Shown: piece by piece, positions 1 through 7,252 of the stretch | How the letters are laid out: the number at the start of each line of letters is the position of its first letter | Numbering within the stretch: position 1 is the first letter of the stretch | Notes under the pieces: generated by a model | What the model was told of the DNA's origin: nothing | The model's input: only the letters and a program-made list of their open reading frames with translations | Database searches by the model: none | Translations under genes and position numbers: made by a program | Origin: Candidatus Saccharimonadales bacterium | GTDB taxonomy: Bacteria > Patescibacteriota > Saccharimonadia > Saccharimonadales > DASZAF01 | Reading direction: 5' to 3' | Assembly: GCA_035480055.1 (NCBI GenBank) | Contig: DATIIB010000009.1 | Coordinates: forward strand, 213,068 to 277,067 | Length of the DNA: 64,000 bases

Positions 1-49
1 CTCGAGCAAACTGCGTAGCGTATCGCTTCCTTAAATCAAAAGTTTATTG

Positions 50-55
50 TATAAT
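50..55 (+). promoter_or_regulatory. -10-like hexamer upstream of rplA
   Basis: TATAAT at 50-55, 66 nt upstream of the rplA ATG. There is no convincing -35 (TTCCTT at 27-32). An SD-like AAAGGA sits at 111-116. Confidence 0.3.
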
Positions 56-121
56 CGCTATTAATGACATAGTAAGTGGGAGTGTAGTACCCCTGCACGC
101 CGGCACCACGAAAGGAATCAT

Positions 122-1084
122 ATGGCTGACAAAAAAGTCAAAGACGAAGCACCTGAAGTAACGATTGAGGAAACTCCAGTAGTTACCGAAGAAGTTACCG
201 CAACTGCAGAAGCAGAAGAAACGACTGCAGACGAAAAAGTAACCAAAGCTGGCAAACGCAGCGCCAAATCTCTTAAAGAGGCTGACGAAAAAGCCGAGAA
301 GGAAGCCCGCAAAGAAGCTGGCGACACCACTCCGCAGAGCGACGACGGTGAAGCAGTCGCGAAGAAAGGCCCAGCGCCTGTCACTCGACCAAAGCTGGAA
401 CGCCGCGGCAAAAAATACCGCAAAGCTGCAGAGCAGCTTAATGCTGAGAAGATGTACAGCCTGAAAGAAGCGCTCGAGCTGGCAACCAAAACGTCGCCAA
501 CCAAGTTTGATGCCTCGATCGACCTGCACATCAAGCTGGGCGTTGACCCTCGTCACGCCGACCAAAACATTCGCAGCACCGTTACCTTGCCACACGGCAC
601 AGGTAAAAACGTACGCGTTGCCGTTTTTGCCCCAACCGACCAACAAGAGGCTGCCAAAAAAGCTGGTGCTGATTTTGTTGGTGAGGAAGAGCTGCTGCAA
701 AAGCTCGACAAAGAAGATATCGACTTTGACGTGCTGATTGCAACGCCAATGCTGATGGCCAAGCTCGGTAAATACGCTCGGCTACTTGGACCAAAGGGTC
801 TGATGCCAAACCCAAAGAGCGGTACCGTAAGCGCCAAAGTTGCCGAAGCAGTTGCTCAAGCCAAAGCCGGTCGCGTGGAATTCCGCGTCGACAAGCAAGG
901 TATTGTGCACCAAGCAGTTGGTAAAGCCAGCTTCGACGCTCCCAAACTCTACGACAACGCCAAGGCTGTCATGGATGCCATCTTGGCCGCCAAGCCAGCC
1001 AGCGTCAAGGGTAGCTACTTGCTAACCATCTCGGTTGCGAGCACCATGGGTCCTGGCGTCAAAGTCGACACCAGCGCGCTCTAA
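122..1084 (+). CDS. rplA: 50S ribosomal protein L1 with ~94-aa N-terminal Lys/Glu/Ala/Thr-rich extension
   Basis: 320-aa ORF. From aa ~95 it matches canonical L1 (GKKYRKAAE, LPHGTGK, FDVLIATP, GRVEFRVDK). ATG at 122 is preceded by AAAGGA. Confidence 0.95.
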   Translation: MADKKVKDEAPEVTIEETPVVTEEVTATAEAEETTADEKVTKAGKRSAKSLKEADEKAEKEARKEAGDTTPQSDDGEAVAKKGPAPVTRPKLERRGKKYRKAAEQLNAEKMYSLKEALELATKTSPTKFDASIDLHIKLGVDPRHADQNIRSTVTLPHGTGKNVRVAVFAPTDQQEAAKKAGADFVGEEELLQKLDKEDIDFDVLIATPMLMAKLGKYARLLGPKGLMPNPKSGTVSAKVAEAVAQAKAGRVEFRVDKQGIVHQAVGKASFDAPKLYDNAKAVMDAILAAKPASVKGSYLLTISVASTMGPGVKVDTSAL

Positions 1085-1106
1085 GCACTCGTTTAAAGAC
1101 CGTATA

Positions 1107-1137
1107 ACGAGCTCACCTCACCGTGAGCTCGTTTTTA
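1107..1137 (+). terminator. rho-independent terminator after rplA
   Basis: Stem ACGAGCTCAC (1107-1116) pairs with GTGAGCTCGT (1123-1132) around a 6-nt loop, followed by TTTTTAT. Confidence 0.85.
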
Positions 1138-1157
1138 TTGCTATACTAAGAACACTG

Positions 1158-1673
1158 ATGATCAGCATGGTAGTTGCCGCAGATAAAAAAGGTGTGATTG
1201 GCCGCGAAGACCGTATTCCGTGGCGGCTAAAGGAAGATCTTGTGAACCTCCGCAACAAGACAAAAGGTAAACCAGTGATTCTTGGGCGAAAATCATACGA
1301 TTCGATGGCGTGGTACTACACCAAAAGCGGTAACCAGATGCCTGGCCAACTCTACGTGGTGGTCACGCACAATGCAACCTACGTTCCCAAATTCCCCAAT
1401 GCCGTGACTGCGCACTCCGTGCAAGAAGCGCTAGCGCTAGCCCAAAAAGACAACCCAGCCGAAGTCGTAGTCCTTGGCGGCGCCAGCATCTACCGCGCAT
1501 TGTTGCCGTACACCGATCGCATCTACCTCACCGAAGTGCAAGCCGAGGTCGCTGGCGATACCTCTTTCCCAGAGCTTGCCTCGACCGAATGGCAAGAAAC
1601 GGCTCGCATTCACCATACCAAAGATGACCGCAATGAATATGACTTCGACTTCGTCACCCTTGACCGAAAATAA
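1158..1673 (+). CDS. folA: dihydrofolate reductase
   Basis: MISMVVAADKKGVIGREDRIPWRLKEDL...ILGRKSYDS...VLGGASIY is typical DHFR. I chose the internal ATG at 1158 (1167 is an alternative) because the track ORF start at 1035 runs through the rplA terminator. Confidence 0.9.
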   Translation: MISMVVAADKKGVIGREDRIPWRLKEDLVNLRNKTKGKPVILGRKSYDSMAWYYTKSGNQMPGQLYVVVTHNATYVPKFPNAVTAHSVQEALALAQKDNPAEVVVLGGASIYRALLPYTDRIYLTEVQAEVAGDTSFPELASTEWQETARIHHTKDDRNEYDFDFVTLDRK

Positions 1674-2763
1674 GTTTGCCGCGAGCGACCGCCGCTTGGT
1701 GGAACGCATTCTGGCTGCCTACAACCTTCATGCCGCGCAGGTACTGCCACCGCAAAAAGGGTATCGCAATCAATCGTTTCCGATACTCCTGAATGATGGT
1801 CAAAAGATTAACCTAATTTTGTATAAGATCGAGCCGGGCATTGTGACCCGCATCAAAAACGCCAACCGCGTCGCAGATTATGCAGCAACGCATGGTCTGC
1901 CAGCCCGGCGAACCTTTCGGCCAAATATCATCCGCCTGACAAATGGCGCGCAAGAAAAATTTGGCTGTCTGTACGAGTACCTGCCTGGCGACACCATTCC
2001 GTGGGAAGCTTACACCCGCGCACATCTGAAGGTGCTTGGCCACACCATGGGCGAACTCCACCACGTACTGCAAGGTGTCTCGGTTGCACCCACAGTGACA
2101 GACGAATACACCAGCGCGCTCATGCGTATGCAGCGCTACTTTTGCGACGCAGCTGTGCAGCAGGCCATACGCACCAAACTCCAAGTAACATTGCCGCAAA
2201 CTATATTCGCCAACAACCTTCGCCTGCTTAAAATCTGCGAGAAACTACCCGGCCAGCAAACACTGCATATGGATTTTGTGCGAGGAAATATTCTCTTCCA
2301 AAATAGCGCAGTGCAAGCTCCCTGGCCTACTGAGCCGCCTGCAGACTGGCGTCATCCCCGCCAGAGAAGGCCACATCCTCGTGGCCTGAACGAGTCTGCT
2401 GGTGGTTTAGTAGGCCAGGGAGCCGTATACGAGAAGAATCTGCATATCTCCGGCATCCTCGACTTCGAAAAAACCGCCCACGGTCACCGCCTCTTCGACC
2501 TTGCGCGCACCTTAGCCTTCCTGCTGGTAGATTGCAAATACAAATCCGAAGCCGATATCTACCGCTTCTTCATCGAGTCCGGCTACTGCACTCGCGGCCG
2601 CATGCCACGTCCGCACGCAGAGCTCCTCGAGGCCCTGACTAATCTTTTTCTCCTCCACGACTTCTATAAATTCCTGCGTCATAATCCCTACGAGTCCCTG
2701 GCGCACAACGAACATTACCTTCGCACCCGCGATCTCCTTATAAAGAAGCGCCTTTTGCGATAG
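1624..2763 (+). CDS. aminoglycoside/homoserine-kinase-type (APH/ChoK family) phosphotransferase with a ~45-aa insertion
   Basis: Catalytic loop LHMDFVRGNILF and downstream ISGILDFEKTAHGHRLFDLA fit the APH-like fold. The start is uncertain: ATG at 1624/1633/1639 or TTG at 1660, overlapping the folA end. The insertion lies between the two motifs (see element 2317-2423). Confidence 0.7.
   Translation: MTAMNMTSTSSPLTENKFAASDRRLVERILAAYNLHAAQVLPPQKGYRNQSFPILLNDGQKINLILYKIEPGIVTRIKNANRVADYAATHGLPARRTFRPNIIRLTNGAQEKFGCLYEYLPGDTIPWEAYTRAHLKVLGHTMGELHHVLQGVSVAPTVTDEYTSALMRMQRYFCDAAVQQAIRTKLQVTLPQTIFANNLRLLKICEKLPGQQTLHMDFVRGNILFQNSAVQAPWPTEPPADWRHPRQRRPHPRGLNESAGGLVGQGAVYEKNLHISGILDFEKTAHGHRLFDLARTLAFLLVDCKYKSEADIYRFFIESGYCTRGRMPRPHAELLEALTNLFLLHDFYKFLRHNPYESLAHNEHYLRTRDLLIKKRLLR
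2317..2423 (+). repeat. 107-nt self-complementary three-way-junction element embedded in-frame in the kinase CDS
   Basis: Perfect 15-bp inverted termini: GCTCCCTGGCCTACT (2317-2331) and AGTAGGCCAGGGAGC (2409-2423). Pairing continues inward to 2346/2394 using G-U pairs valid only on the + strand. Two internal hairpins: 2346-2364 and 2368-2387. Confidence 0.75.
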
Positions 2764-2799
2764 AATAAAAGGAGCATAGCAACTGGAAGAGAGGGGAGC

Positions 2800-3357
2800 A
2801 TGGGACAATCCTGGAAGAAACGGCTGGTCTCGCAGAGCGACTTAATGACCCTGCACGACAAACTGAAAGAAAAAGACAAAAAGATCGTCTTTACCGCTGG
2901 CAGCTGGGATTTGATTCATGCTGGCCAGTGTCGGTACCTTGAGCGAGCCAAAGAAGAGGGCGACATATTAGTGGTCGGCATCAGCAGCAACGAAGCGATT
3001 CGCCGCGTCAAAGGCAGTAACAAACCGGTGCTAGACGAAAAAATCCGCGCCGAAATGCTGACATTTCTGCGCTCAGTCGACTTTGTCACCATCCTGCCAG
3101 AGCCCAGCTGCGCGCCCTCACTTGGCTTACTCAAACCCGATGTCTTCATTACCGTCAAAGAGGATTGGACCGAGGAATACAAAAAATCGCGCGAGTATAA
3201 AACCGTTATCAAATACGGCGGCGAAGTAAAGGTGGTCGATCGTCAATCCACAGCCATCTCCACCACCAAAATCATTCAGCGCGCCATTGGTGGCCACTTG
3301 GGTGATGTCTTTAAAGACTTTATGGAACTAAGAAAAGACCCATTAAAGGAGCGCTAA
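2800..3357 (+). CDS. cytidylyltransferase-family nucleotidyltransferase (RfaE domain II / TagD-like)
   Basis: IVFTAGSWDLIHAGQCRYLERAKEEGDILVVGISSNE resembles the GxFDxxHxGH nucleotidyltransferase motif, here HAGQ rather than HxGH. SD GAGGGGAG lies upstream. Confidence 0.7.
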   Translation: MGQSWKKRLVSQSDLMTLHDKLKEKDKKIVFTAGSWDLIHAGQCRYLERAKEEGDILVVGISSNEAIRRVKGSNKPVLDEKIRAEMLTFLRSVDFVTILPEPSCAPSLGLLKPDVFITVKEDWTEEYKKSREYKTVIKYGGEVKVVDRQSTAISTTKIIQRAIGGHLGDVFKDFMELRKDPLKER

Positions 3358-3358
3358 T

Positions 3359-3712
3359 ATGAAGCTTGCTACCAGAATTGTCCTCAGCATTGTGATAGGT
3401 ATGTTCCTCACGCTGGCTTCCTACGCGCTGGTTATCACCAAGATTACTGTGCATCATACTTCAGCAAATGAGATGTGCCAAAATGCTGGCGGACAAATCT
3501 GTCCAGAAGATGCTTCGTACGACGCGATTGTCGCCAAAAGAGGTTGGCCGTTAGTGACACGGCAAGCGGACACTACGCAAGAAACTGGCACCACGGGTAC
3601 GTCCATATCTAACAGCATCTGTGATATCGCGATCTATAGTGGCATCGTCTTTACCGTTGTGCAACTCATAAACATGTTCCGCACGTATAAGCTCAAAAAG
3701 TCCTCGAAGTAA
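3359..3712 (+). CDS. hypothetical small membrane protein
   Basis: 117 aa with hydrophobic N- and C-terminal segments. It is packed 1 nt after the upstream gene and 2 nt before the next, so operon context supports it. Confidence 0.5.
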   Translation: MKLATRIVLSIVIGMFLTLASYALVITKITVHHTSANEMCQNAGGQICPEDASYDAIVAKRGWPLVTRQADTTQETGTTGTSISNSICDIAIYSGIVFTVVQLINMFRTYKLKKSSK

Positions 3713-3714
3713 CC

Positions 3715-5259
3715 ATGTCCGATCTCACTCCCGAAGCTCAGCGCAAGCAAATCCAATACCGCGACGCCAGATTCACCAACCAATACGACGCGATCTGGCA
3801 AGGAGTGGGCAAGTGTGTCTTTTGCGACCTGCGCGATAAATATGTGATCCACGAAGAAAATGGCGTAGTGCTAACCATTACGCTGTTTGCGTACATCGAT
3901 GGCCACATGATGATCTTGCCCCGCCGCCATGTTGATTCACCCAAAGAGCTGACCAGCGAAGAATGGGAAGCGATTCGCAAAATGATGTACATTGCCCGCA
4001 AGCTGATCAAAAAAGTGCACAAGGTAAAGGGCATTCAGTTTGTGCAAAAGGAAGGCGCCGATGCGCAGGCAACCGTTGGTGGCCACTTGCACTACCACGC
4101 CGTGCCGTTTAACGCGCCCGATCTTAACGTCTGGAACTACCGCAGATTAACCTACACGCCGCTGGAAAATGCCCGGCTATATCAAAACGCGCGCAAAGAA
4201 ATTGCTAAACTCAGCGCCAAGTTTGATACCAAATATCAAGAGGAAGTCCCTGCCGAAACTGGTTCGCCATACGATCTTGATTGGTCCCAGCTGGCTTTTG
4301 GCAGCAAAAAACCTTTGTCCGCTTTGCAGGCAACCTTTATCGCCGCGCCGCGCGAATTGAGTTCCAAACGTCTGGCCAGTTTGGTTAAAACCTATCTGCC
4401 AAAGGGCAACATCGTGCTCGGCCTGGCCAAAGAGCAGTTTGTGGATGGGTTTGACGGCCAACCGCAATTCCGCACACTCCAAAAAACAAGCATCCAAAAA
4501 TTGCTTGATAAAATCAACGCCGCCAGCCCCACACACAAAATCTACACCCTCAGTTATTTTCAACGCGAAGCCAAATACATTCTGGAAAAAGCAGAGTTTC
4601 AAAAAGTAATCCTGGTAAACGGCTCCTGGTTCCGCAGCTTTCATACCCGCGAAGAATATTACACGCTGGCCAATCGGCAGCTGCCGTACGAATTAGTTTC
4701 GCCCTTTGTGGACGAAGACGAAGCGCGGGCCTACGAACAGCGCATTGCTCCAGAACTGCCCGTACCAAAGCTACGAAAGAATCTCACCGAAGCCGAAATG
4801 ATGCAGGCGGCTGCCGAAGCGGCCAAAAGCTCCTTTGATTACAGCTTCCAAACTGGCGTAGCCTTGGGCAAAAAAACCAAAGCCGGGTATTCGCTGCTGG
4901 CCACAACCTTCAACAAAGTGATACCGTTCCAAACCTACGCAATGCATTACGGCGCCTCGCGCGAAAAGCACTTTTCGCCGCCGCACGACCTCAACCACTA
5001 CGACGCCGTCCATGCGGAAGTGGAGTTGCTCGTCAAAGCACAAAAAGAGGGGACAAACCTTAAGGGGACCACGTTATTCATCAACCTACTGCCATGCCCA
5101 GCCTGCGCGCGGATGTTTTGCGAAACCGACATCAAGGAGCTTGTGTATGCCCACGACCATTCCGATGGGTATGCGGTGGAGATGTTGGAGAAGGAAGGGA
5201 AAACCGTGCGACGAATTACTTATACAACTGACTATGCGTTCCACAAGCCACAAAAATAG
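3715..5259 (+). CDS. fusion protein: N-terminal HIT-family nucleotide hydrolase/transferase, unknown middle domain, C-terminal CMP/dCMP deaminase
   Basis: N-terminus has CVFC...GHMMILPRRH...GGHLHYHAVP (HxHxHxx histidine triad). C-terminus has HAEVELL...LPCPACARMF (H-A-E and PCxxC zinc-deaminase motifs). About 175 aa between them are unassigned. Confidence 0.75.
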   Translation: MSDLTPEAQRKQIQYRDARFTNQYDAIWQGVGKCVFCDLRDKYVIHEENGVVLTITLFAYIDGHMMILPRRHVDSPKELTSEEWEAIRKMMYIARKLIKKVHKVKGIQFVQKEGADAQATVGGHLHYHAVPFNAPDLNVWNYRRLTYTPLENARLYQNARKEIAKLSAKFDTKYQEEVPAETGSPYDLDWSQLAFGSKKPLSALQATFIAAPRELSSKRLASLVKTYLPKGNIVLGLAKEQFVDGFDGQPQFRTLQKTSIQKLLDKINAASPTHKIYTLSYFQREAKYILEKAEFQKVILVNGSWFRSFHTREEYYTLANRQLPYELVSPFVDEDEARAYEQRIAPELPVPKLRKNLTEAEMMQAAAEAAKSSFDYSFQTGVALGKKTKAGYSLLATTFNKVIPFQTYAMHYGASREKHFSPPHDLNHYDAVHAEVELLVKAQKEGTNLKGTTLFINLLPCPACARMFCETDIKELVYAHDHSDGYAVEMLEKEGKTVRRITYTTDYAFHKPQK

Positions 5260-5473
5260 CCTCATCATCAACAAGCCTGTAGTGTGCTCGCCAGTCACCG
5301 CCAAAAGCGATGGAGCGGTAGCCTATCCATTGACCGCTGAGAGGATGATTATACAGGTCTGGATGCATAGGATCGATCATGAATAGTGCAAGTGCCTTTT
5401 TCAGGCGGTCGCGTTGAACTGGTCGTAGCTTAAAATAGTCCTTCTCAAAAGACTTGTGACGACGTATGCGCAT
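5216..5473 (-). CDS. yafQ: type II toxin, RelE/YafQ-family mRNA interferase
   Basis: 85 aa. FEKDYFKL...HPLSGQWIGYRSIAFGGDWRAHYRL...ACGTHSQLY matches the YafQ/RelE pattern. It starts 2 nt after the antitoxin gene ends. Its 3' end overlaps the convergent deaminase gene by 44 nt. Confidence 0.8.
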   Translation of the reverse strand: MRIRRHKSFEKDYFKLRPVQRDRLKKALALFMIDPMHPDLYNHPLSGQWIGYRSIAFGGDWRAHYRLVDDEAIFVACGTHSQLYK

Positions 5474-5475
5474 AC

Positions 5476-5772
5476 TTAAGCGTTCTTATCTAAGTCGCTG
5501 AAAAAGTCATCAGTATTACTGTAGGCTTTAGATATATTCTTGCCTGCTTTAATGTCGCCATCTGCCTTACGCATGATGTCTTCCAGGTAAGGTGTGGGCT
5601 CAAGTGCAGTTGTGAGCCGCACTTCGCCATTACGGAGCATCTGCTTAATTTGAGCGGCTGCAAGAGTCGTGGCGGGTATGCCAATTTTATCAGCAAACGC
5701 CTGTAGTTCGCGGCGAGTTGCCTCATCAAGTCGGATGCTCATACTGGTGGTCTTAGTAGTTGCTTTACTCAT
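5476..5772 (-). CDS. dinJ: type II antitoxin, RelB/DinJ family
   Basis: 98 aa. The N-terminal ribbon-helix-helix-like MSIRLDEATRRELQAFADKIGIPATTL resembles DinJ, and it sits directly upstream of the toxin gene. Confidence 0.7.
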   Translation of the reverse strand: MSKATTKTTSMSIRLDEATRRELQAFADKIGIPATTLAAAQIKQMLRNGEVRLTTALEPTPYLEDIMRKADGDIKAGKNISKAYSNTDDFFSDLDKNA

Positions 5773-5778
5773 GCACTA

Positions 5779-5808
5779 ATTGTATATCTTTTGTGCATTA
5801 GTTGTCAA
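5779..5808 (-). promoter_or_regulatory. promoter/operator of the dinJ-yafQ pair, apparently leaderless
   Basis: On the minus strand: TTGACA (5808-5803), 18-nt spacer, TACAAT (5784-5779), then only 6 nt to the ATG (5772) and no SD. ACTAAT (5775-5780) and ATTAGT (5797-5802) form an inverted repeat spanning the promoter. Confidence 0.6.
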
Positions 5809-5896
5809 TAGATTCTCCCAGCCTAAGTGAAGCAATTGTTGCAATGTGAGAGGTTTAATACCGCTCTCTCTGTCCAAAATAGAGTATACTTAACCC

Positions 5897-6706
5897 ATGG
5901 CCTACCCCGAATACCAATACCTCAAACTCATGGCCGACATCCTGAAGGATGGCAAAAGCAAACCGTCGCGGGGGATTCACGACCTCAAAGCGATATTTGG
6001 CTATCAACTGCACTTTGATCTGCGCCACGGATTTCCGCTACTAACCACCAAAAAGATGCCATTCACTTTGTTGCTGCACGAGTTGCTGTGGTTTATTTCG
6101 GGCGAAACTAATATTCAATATCTGCATGACCACAATATTCGTTATTGGGACGGCTTTGCGGATGAAGATCTCAACCTCGGCCCAGTCTACGGTGCCCAGT
6201 GGCGTCATTGGAAGGGCCAAGATGGGCAGGAATTTGACCAGCTGCAATGGGCGATCGACGAGATCAAAAACAATCCTGACTCCAAAGCGATTATTGTCAG
6301 CGCTTGGAATGTGGCCGACCTCAAAGCCATGCGCCTGCCGCCATGCCACACAATGTTTCAGTTTGATGTCACCCAAGGCAAGTTGCGGCTGCAACTGTAT
6401 CAGCGCTCGTCGGACGTTTTTTTGGGTTTGCCGTTTAACATCGCGCAGTACGCCATGTTGCTCTACATGGTGGCGCACCTGACTGGCCTAGAGGCGCGCG
6501 AACTGGTGGTATCTATTGGCAGCGCGCACCTCTACAAAAACCATCTTGATGTCGCCAAAGAGCAGCTTCGCCGCAAACCGTTCCCATTTCCTAAACTCAA
6601 AATTAGCGGCGATATCAAGAGTATCGACGATTTTCGCGAAGAACACTTTACGCTGGAAAGTTACGAAGCTCATCCGCGGATTAAGACCGACTTGGTGATT
6701 CTGTAG
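5897..6706 (+). CDS. thyA: thymidylate synthase (ThyA type)
   Basis: GFPLLTTKK, LHELLWFISGETN, LPPCHTMFQF and QRSSDVFLGLPFNIAQYA are diagnostic ThyA motifs. Confidence 0.97.
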   Translation: MAYPEYQYLKLMADILKDGKSKPSRGIHDLKAIFGYQLHFDLRHGFPLLTTKKMPFTLLLHELLWFISGETNIQYLHDHNIRYWDGFADEDLNLGPVYGAQWRHWKGQDGQEFDQLQWAIDEIKNNPDSKAIIVSAWNVADLKAMRLPPCHTMFQFDVTQGKLRLQLYQRSSDVFLGLPFNIAQYAMLLYMVAHLTGLEARELVVSIGSAHLYKNHLDVAKEQLRRKPFPFPKLKISGDIKSIDDFREEHFTLESYEAHPRIKTDLVIL

Positions 6707-6718
6707 TATCATACCAGC

Positions 6719-7252
6719 ATGAAGAAAATAGTTGTTGCCTCCAAAAACCCGGTAAAAACCCAAGCCACGTTGGACGGCTTTACCAAAATGTTCCCCAGCG
6801 AGACTTTTACGATCGAAGGGATAGCTGGAATCTCAAACGTTAAAGACCAGCCCGATAGCGATCAAGAGACATTCCTCGGCGCCTTCAACCGAGCCACCAA
6901 CGCCAGCCAGGCAGTGCCTGACGCTGACTTTTGGGTTGGACTGGAAGGCGGCATCGAAATCAAAAAAGGCGAAATGGAAACATTCGCCTGGATGGTTATT
7001 CGCGATCCCAGCGGACGGATTGGCAAAGGCCGGACCGGGGCACTGTTTTTGCCGCCGCAGATTGCCGAACTGATTCAGGAAGGCAAAGAGCTTGGCGAAG
7101 CTGACGACATTGTCTTTGGCAAAACCAATTCCAAGCAAGCCAACGGGGCAGTTGGGCTACTGACCCACGATGTGATTACTCGGGCGCAGTATTACGAGCA
7201 AGCGGTGGTGTTTGCTCTTATCTCTTTTACGAATCTCGCGTTGTATCCTTAA
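6719..7252 (+). CDS. yjjX: non-canonical purine NTP phosphatase (inosine/xanthosine triphosphatase, YjjX family)
   Basis: 177 aa. VASKNPVKTQAT...DQPDSDQETFLGAFNRA...FWVGLEGGIE resembles the YjjX family. Confidence 0.7.
   Translation: MKKIVVASKNPVKTQATLDGFTKMFPSETFTIEGIAGISNVKDQPDSDQETFLGAFNRATNASQAVPDADFWVGLEGGIEIKKGEMETFAWMVIRDPSGRIGKGRTGALFLPPQIAELIQEGKELGEADDIVFGKTNSKQANGAVGLLTHDVITRAQYYEQAVVFALISFTNLALYP

Noticed and set aside
44-700. 218-aa and 138-aa minus-strand ORFs opposite rplA.
   Set aside because: These are antisense shadows of a strongly supported L1 gene. They are Phe/Cys/Ser-rich low-complexity translations of the GAA/AAG-rich sense strand, with no SD.
1474-1623. Track ORF start at 1474 for the kinase, giving 429 aa.
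   Set aside because: The first ~50 codons lie entirely inside folA in another frame and translate to a Pro/Ser/Cys-rich sequence with no kinase similarity. Kinase-like sequence begins only near 1660, so starts at 1624-1660 are preferred.
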